This document shows, piece by piece, positions 56,155 to 64,000 of a stretch of 64,000 nt of DNA. The DNA is from Eledone cirrhosa (lineage: Eukaryota), in assembly GCA_964016885.1 (NCBI GenBank), contig OZ024744.1, positions 48,484,001 through 48,548,000 of the forward strand, read 5' to 3'. The translations under genes and the position numbers were made by a program. The notes beneath the pieces are model-generated. The model did not search any database. It was not told the origin of the DNA and saw only the letters and a program-made list of their open reading frames with translations. Every line of letters starts with the position of its first letter. Position 1 is the stretch's first letter.

Positions 56155-56188
<34 letters not shown>

Positions 56189-56267
56189 TACATACAAGCA
56201 CACATGCATACATACATACACATGTATATACATACTTACATACAAATATACATTCACACATCTTCGC

Positions 56268-56316
<49 letters not shown>

Positions 56317-56477
56317 GGGCGAAGGCGCTGGTTTAAATTCGATATTAATGTCAGTAATATCGTTTGCCTGTATATATATGTGTATACATTATATATACAG
56401 TCATATATATATATATATAATACATATATGTATATATATATTAATAAATAAATATATCTATTTATTTGTATATACTT

Positions 56478-56509
<32 letters not shown>

Positions 56510-56656
56510 GCATAAATAGATAGATATAAATATAAGGATATGTATCCATCTATGAATCTAGGCGGCTATGTATAGACAGTATACACAGATAAATACACAT
56601 ATACACACATGCATATATACACGCACGTACATAGAAACATACATATCTATATATTG

Positions 56657-56691
<35 letters not shown>

Positions 56692-56999
56692 AATATATAT
56701 AAATATATATATACGCATACATCCTTATATTCCTCTCCATCAAGCTATCTTTACTTTATACATAAACCCCTTTTCTGTGATGTGGTGTATATATAGGGCT
56801 TCGGAAAACCCTTTTAACCCTTCCCTTGCTTCTTAATCTAACCCCTATTTATGGAGCCTTAATCATATATATATATATATACATATATAAAACGAAGGAG
56901 TTGTGGTAAGGAACCAGATGGACCATAACGCACCAGAGTACTCAATACTTAGGGCAGTAGAGTGGGTAATAGGAGAAAATATGGGGTCATACTTTCTCC

Positions 57000-57042
<43 letters not shown>

Positions 57043-57146
57043 CATATATATATACATACATACATTTTTTTTTATATACATATAAATGTATGTATATAAG
57101 AGCTTCTACAGGACTAGAACTGTTTCATTCGTGAGAAATCATAAGG

Positions 57147-57199
57147 GAGCTCCCTGATGATTTCTCTTGAATGAAACAATTCTAGTCCTGTAGAAGCTC
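57147..57199 (+). ncRNA. Type I hammerhead motif inside a 102-bp palindrome (57099-57200)
   Basis: GAGCTCC-CTGATGA-TTTCTCTTGAAT-GAAA-CA..TG-TA-GAAGCTC. The mirror copy on the minus strand has core CTTATGA. Confidence 0.8.
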
Positions 57200-57278
57200 T
57201 TCTATATTAAAACTTTTATACTCTGCTATGTATTGAGTATCTTACTTACTGCGGTTACCTCCGATTCAACCGGAATAA

Positions 57279-57328
<50 letters not shown>

Positions 57329-57427
57329 TAGAAATATATATATATATATATATGAAAATATAAAAACATGGCGTGCTGCGTGGTTGCAAATGGGTTACAT
57401 ATGAATAAATTTAGTCCTTCATCAGTG

Positions 57428-57500
<73 letters not shown>

Positions 57501-57788
57501 GTGAATATATGTGTCTAGGAGTACGTATTATGTGTGAACGTCTATTTTCCATGCTTTCATTTGCTTAGACAGGTTGTAACATTGTCTGTGTAGAGAAGTC
57601 AGGTGACCATACCTTTGTACATACATTCTGTTTTCGACTTAATTTTCTGTGGTTGGATGCCCTTCCTATCAGCAACCACTTTATAATATACCCTAGGCGC
57701 TTTTTTTGTGACATTGCCACATACACGCATACACACACACACACATATATATATATGTACGCATGCATACATATACGCAAACCCACAC

Positions 57789-57829
<41 letters not shown>

Positions 57830-57866
57830 CTTATGTATGCATGAATATAAGTACACATATACACAA

Positions 57867-57915
<49 letters not shown>

Positions 57916-58831
57916 TATATACACATATATATATATACATATATATATACAAACACACACACATATATATATATACATATATATATATACATATATATAT
58001 ATACATATATATACATGTATATAAATGTCTGTGTGTGTATGTGTAATACATATAGTAATTAATGGCAGTGTATGATGGAATTATCACGGAAATAATGGAG
58101 TTATGTCTTTTCTTAACTAATGTATGTTTTTATCGTCTAACATTTTTTTTGTAATGATCCCTACCACAGACTGGAAGTGAAGTATATCATTTCTGTGTAC
58201 TGGATAGTAATATGCTTATTCTGTACAACTAACGAGAGACGGATTCACACACACACACACACACACACATATTATATATATATATACACAGTTCAAGTTT
58301 TAAAAAAGGCAAACACAGGTATAATTACATAATGTCTTATTAGTTTCATGCTTGCTGGAAGCTGGAAAACGAAAGGAACTTTCTCAACATATCGGACGTC
58401 AGTCCTTTATTAGGATGAGTAAAGTTAGGAATGAGAAAAAGGAGAGCCGGAAGGTTGAAGAAAGAAAAATAATGCTTATTTTGGTGGGCATGGTTGGCTG
58501 GGAAAGAAGCAAGTGAGAAAAGAAGAAAGAAGTAAGGAGTTGGAAACAAGATGGAGTCCAATAAGGAGGGTAAGTCATATATGATTCATGCAGTGGAAGA
58601 AGAGGAGCAGGCAGTTGAAAAATTTAGTAATTCGAAGTCTGTGGGTAATCCATTGGTAATCCGCATGTGATCTGAAGAGTAGAAGGATGAAGTACCAATG
58701 TGCCAGGTAGATTTCCATGTTTGGATAAATATATACTTGAGCAATATATACTACCTACCTCTATATCTTTCCAGCCATCGATCTAACAGTCTGTCTCACT
58801 AACTACATATCTTTCTTTCCATCCAACTGTC

Positions 58832-58888
<57 letters not shown>

Positions 58889-59080
58889 AAGACAAAACCC
58901 ACCTTAATATTCCAACCTCAAACAACACCATGCCCCTCCACAAATCTTTCCAAAGGTTTCCTTCTAAACAAACCACTTTTAAGGCCTCTAAGTGTGAAAA
59001 CCTTTAACAGTCACAGCGAAGCTTTCTTCTTCTGCGAGATTATCAAATACATACAAACATATAAATGTGTGTGAGTGCTC

Positions 59081-59111
<31 letters not shown>

Positions 59112-59262
59112 TGTATGTATGTATGTATGTATGTATGTGTATTTATATATATATATATATATACATACATATTTATATATATATATATACATACATAAAT
59201 ACATACATACATACCTATATGCATATTGCACATATACACACACTCAATCACTCACGCGGACA

Positions 59263-59315
<53 letters not shown>

Positions 59316-60059
59316 ACACACACACACACACACACATCTATACGTATATAACATATATCATTAAAATCATCTCGCTCTGCTCCCCTACACAAGGAGAAAA
59401 TACTCCTTAAAATCAAATGAATTAGTATTTTAGGGGAATTAGTGGAGAACCCATTAGAGTTAATATGGATCTGGGATCTGTTCAAACAAGGGATTAGCTC
59501 TGATGATTGTTTAAATATCATTGGATGACACTTAGTGTCTTTGATAGATGGCTGATGGAGAGGGTGGGTTGGTGGATGGATTGGGAGGAAGGTAGATAGA
59601 TAAGTGGATAGATAGATGGATGGATAGATAGACAAACAGAATAGAAAGGTGGATAGATAGAGAGATGAACACAACACACACGTAAATATAATTATATGCC
59701 TATGTTTATGTATATTTGAGTGTGTGTGCACATGTGTGTGTGTATGTGTGTGCGTTTGTGTGCTCAATTCCAAAGTAGATTTTAAGGGGCTAAATTACGA
59801 GTACTTAGAGGATCATCAAAGATTCTCTCATGAACCCGGGATGGGAGTACACAGGTGAAACTCCAGAGTAACAACATTTAGCCATATATATATATAACAG
59901 ATAATTTGAGACCACAAAAGCCATAAACATTATTTGTTGTTTAAAAAACTCACAATAAATAAATGAATATATATATAAATAAATATATATACATGCAGAC
60001 GTTATATTTAATTTGTTGGGATTCCAACAAGCTTAAAAGTTTATAACTGATATAAAGCA

Positions 60060-60108
<49 letters not shown>

Positions 60109-60236
60109 TTTATTTATTCTGAGTTTTTTACAAATAATCTTTATATATATGTATATAATATAAAAAAACGAAAAATCAGTGATGCATCTAGATGGAAGCT
60201 CCATAGTGATGCATACCGCCTATGGAAGCACCATAG

Positions 60237-60322
<86 letters not shown>

Positions 60323-60345
60323 ATACATACAGTCTGCCTTTCATT

Positions 60346-61090
60346 ATGATGCGTGTATACGAACAGCAATGTTACATGGTAGTGAGACCTGGGCGCTGTC
60401 TGTAGAAGACTTACGTAGATTAGAAAGAAACGAAGCTTGCATGCTCCGATGGATGTGTAATAGTAATATACGCGAACGGCAAAGCATAAATGAATTGAGA
60501 GAGAGACTGAGCATAAGAAGAATCAAATGCTGTGTGCAGGAGAGGCGGTTGCGTTGGTATGGACATGTGATGCGTATGAAGGATCACAGCTGCATAAAAA
60601 GGTGCAGAGCACTAGAAGCCGATGGAAACCGCGGAGTGGGGAGACCCAAGAAGACCTGGGATGAGGTGATAAAAGCCGACCTTACCCAATTACACCTCTC
60701 AAAGGCGATGACACACGACCGTGACCTCTGGCGTCACGCAGTAATACAGAGTACCCGATCTCCCATGGGTACAAGCTGAAGCTGAAGCATATAGACAATA
60801 TGCCCACACACCCTCCCACTGCAAAGTGGTCGTGGAGGTGCTATGGCAAAAAAGCACTCAGTCCACACTGTAAAGTGGACGTGTAGGCGCCATGGAAAAA
60901 AAGCACCCAGCACTCACTGTAAATGAGGTTGGTGTTAGGAAGGGCATCCAGCTGTAGAAATCAAGCCAGAATCAGTTCCTGTATGAGCAAGGCATGGTCA
61001 GCCGACCAGACACTGCCCACAACAGGACAACCCATCTAACCTATGCTAGCGTGGAAGAACGAACGTAAAACGGTGATGATGATGATGATA
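60346..61090 (+). mobile_element. 3' fragment of the RTE/PHD LINE family with (GAT)n tail
   Basis: ORF 60369-60779 [33 protein letters not shown], close to 3740-4480. Confidence 0.92.
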
Positions 61091-61104
61091 CATATATATA
61101 TATA

Positions 61105-61159
<55 letters not shown>

Positions 61160-61163
<4 letters not shown>

Positions 61164-61400
61164 TGCCCCGCCCCCAGCACATACTGTAAAGAGGTCGTGT
61201 AAAAGTCATGGCAAAAAGCACCCAGCACACACTTTCAATGTGGTTGGCGTTAAGAAGGGCATCCAGCCGTAGAAAACCAGCTAGAAACACCCCTATATGA
61301 GTGAAACACGGTCACCTGACACAACTCGCCTTAAAATAGGACCCGTCTAACCCGTGATAACATGAATGATAGACGTTAATCGAGGATGATGATGATGATA
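61160..61400 (+). mobile_element. LINE 3' UTR-derived short element (inverted sibling at 62645-62879)
   Basis: aaaagcacccagc, aagggcatccagccgtagaaa and a (GAT)n tail. Confidence 0.8.
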
Positions 61401-61468
61401 TATACGTATGCATATATGTATATACATACCTACCTACATATATATATATTTATATATATATATATATA

Positions 61469-62306
61469 CTAGCAGAATGGCCCGGCGTTGCTCGAGATTC
61501 TAAACATAGATTGGCATGTTTATCCCTCCTTTCTGAAACAGTACAGAGAAATACGGAATACATCGGCCTGGGGTGGTGTCTACATTTTGTGCTTATAAAA
61601 AAAATTCGTCGTAGATTACCAGGGGTTTAACTTAATTGGGTTCCTGAGAGTAAAATGTTCAACCCACGAAAGCCAAGACGATAGGATTAAGTAAAAAGGC
61701 ATTCGACAAACCGAACATATATTTGTTGTGCTATGGTACAATGAAAGCAATAGTTGCAGAGCAATAAGCATGTGGGGCTGCAGTGGTGGAGAGCATGAAG
61801 GAATTTAGTTGGATTCTTTTAAGAGGCCGTAACGCACCCAAAATGCTAAACAATGCGGTCCCCGGTCAAAAATTTGAAATTTTTTTCAGTCAAGAAAATT
61901 TGTGAAACATAAGTATTGCATATGCAAAGTTTAAAAAAATCGGTTGGTTACTTCTCGAGTTTCAGGCCCTAACGCAACCAAAATGCATAAAAAAATAGGT
62001 TTTTTGCTTAATGCGGTCCCTGGGGCAAAAAATGAGAAAATCTTTTTTGCTCAAAACACTTTAAACGACATAAGTAATGCAAATTTTGAAGAAATCGCCT
62101 GGATTATTGTTCCGTTATGCCTCAAAAGCCTAAAATATGCGGTTTTTCGCCTAATGCGGTCCCTAGGGCATTGAAAATTTGAAATATTCTTTGCTCAAAA
62201 CACTCACACGACCAGAAGTATTATGTGTAAAGTTTTAAAAAAATCGGTTGGGCCGTTCTCGAGTTTTATGGGGACAGACAGACAATCTCTGTTTTAGATA
62301 TATAGA
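61469..62306 (-). mobile_element. Complete non-autonomous Helitron (838 bp)
   Basis: Minus strand A|TCTATATATCTAAAAC..(GTCT)n ... hairpin CTCGAGCAACGCCGGG-CCATTCTGCTAG|T. Inserted between A and T with no target-site duplication. Three internal aatgcggtccc repeats. Confidence 0.85.
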
Positions 62307-62413
62307 TATATGTATAGATATATATTGATATATATTGATATATATTATGGCTAAGTTGTGAGTCTTGTTTAGATATATATATATATTGATTTATATTATG
62401 GCTAAGTTGTGAG

Positions 62414-62465
62414 TCTTGTTTACTCAGGAGTTTCGCCTATGCACTCGCAGAATCATCAGACAAGA
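62414..62465 (-). ncRNA. Type I hammerhead motif (decayed sibling at about 59825-59883, plus)
   Basis: TCTTGT-CTGATGA-TTCTGCGAGTGCATAGGC-GAAA-CTCCTGAG-TA-A-ACAAGA, with one extra A at the cleavage site. Confidence 0.7.
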
Positions 62466-62535
62466 ATAAATCAATATTTAAACTACTTCTGTGTTGAATA
62501 CACATTTCTTTCGTCTGCCAACTACATACGTATGC

Positions 62536-62633
<98 letters not shown>

Positions 62634-62905
62634 ATACCTATATATCATCATCATCATCATCATCGATTAACGTCTATCTTCCACGTTAGCATGGGTCCTA
62701 TTTTGAGGCAAGTTGTGTCAGGTGACTGTGTCTCACTTATATAGGAGTATTTCTAGCTGGTTTTCTACGGCTAGATGCCCTTCCTAATGCCAACCACATT
62801 GACACTGTGGGCTGGGTGCTTTTTGCCGCGACTTTTTACACTTCCACTTAACAGTGTGTGCTGGGGTGAGGCATACTATATGCTTAAACTTTAATCTGTT
62901 ATTTT

Positions 62906-62909
<4 letters not shown>

Positions 62910-62965
<56 letters not shown>

Positions 62966-63373
62966 TATATATATATATATATATACTATATATATATGCA
63001 TATATATATATATACTATATATATATGCATATATATATATATATATATATACATATATATATACATATATATATATACTATATATATATGCATATATATA
63101 TATACATATATATACTATATATATATGCATATATATATATACATATATATATACATATACATATATATATACATATATACTATATATATATGCATATATA
63201 ATATATATACATATATATATATATACATATATATATACTATATATATATGTGCATATATATGTGTATACATTTAAATATATACTATATATATATGCATAT
63301 ATATATATACATATATATATATATACATATATATACACATATATATATATATATATACTATATATATATATGC

Positions 63374-63404
<31 letters not shown>

Positions 63405-63747
63405 CTATATATATATGCATATATATATATATATACATATATATATACTATATATATATATGCATATATATATATACATATATATATATATACTATATAT
63501 ATATATGCATATATATATATATACATATATATATGCATATATATATATATACTATATATATATATGCATATATATATACATATATATATATACTATATAT
63601 ATATATGCATATATATATACATATATATATGCATATATATATACATATATATATATACTATATATATATGCATATATATTTATATACATATATATATATA
63701 TACTATATATATATGCATATATATTTATATACATATGCATATATATT

Positions 63748-63791
<44 letters not shown>

Positions 63792-63792
63792 C

Positions 63793-63866
<74 letters not shown>

Positions 63867-63933
63867 TATATATATATGCATATATATATATATACTATAT
63901 ATATATATGCATATATATATATATATATATATA

Positions 63934-64000
<67 letters not shown>
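62910..64000. repeat. (TA)n-derived satellite with recurring TAC-(TA)n-TGC units
   Basis: Seen directly. Confidence 0.95.

Overview
AT-rich eukaryotic genomic DNA dominated by (TA)n, (CA)n and (CAT)n microsatellites. A mollusc, probably an octopod, is inferred from the CORE-type tRNA SINEs and the repeat landscape. No host protein-coding gene can be supported, and nearly all listed ORFs are microsatellite translations. The non-repetitive islands are mobile-element debris: a decayed RTE-type LINE with a PHD finger inside its reverse transcriptase (1-3150, minus, plus many 3' fragments), a near full-length RTE/BovB-like LINE with C-terminal C2H2 fingers (about 51.5-54.9 kb), a third RTE family, an L1/Tx1-like remnant, tRNA-derived SINEs, non-autonomous Helitrons and two Penelope-like (GIY-YIG) remnants. 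The main hidden signal is a dense set of type I hammerhead ribozyme motifs from several distinct sequence families: about 25-30 intact, variant or half copies found by eye, in short TA-flanked elements. Many have a minimal helix III whose sequence changes between families but stays palindromic, which suggests dimeric hammerheads. Several lie in fold-back palindromes that put a ribozyme on each strand, the inversion points often fall in ribozyme helices, and one family has a fixed non-canonical CAGAAGA core. All folds were made by eye and need computational and biochemical checks.
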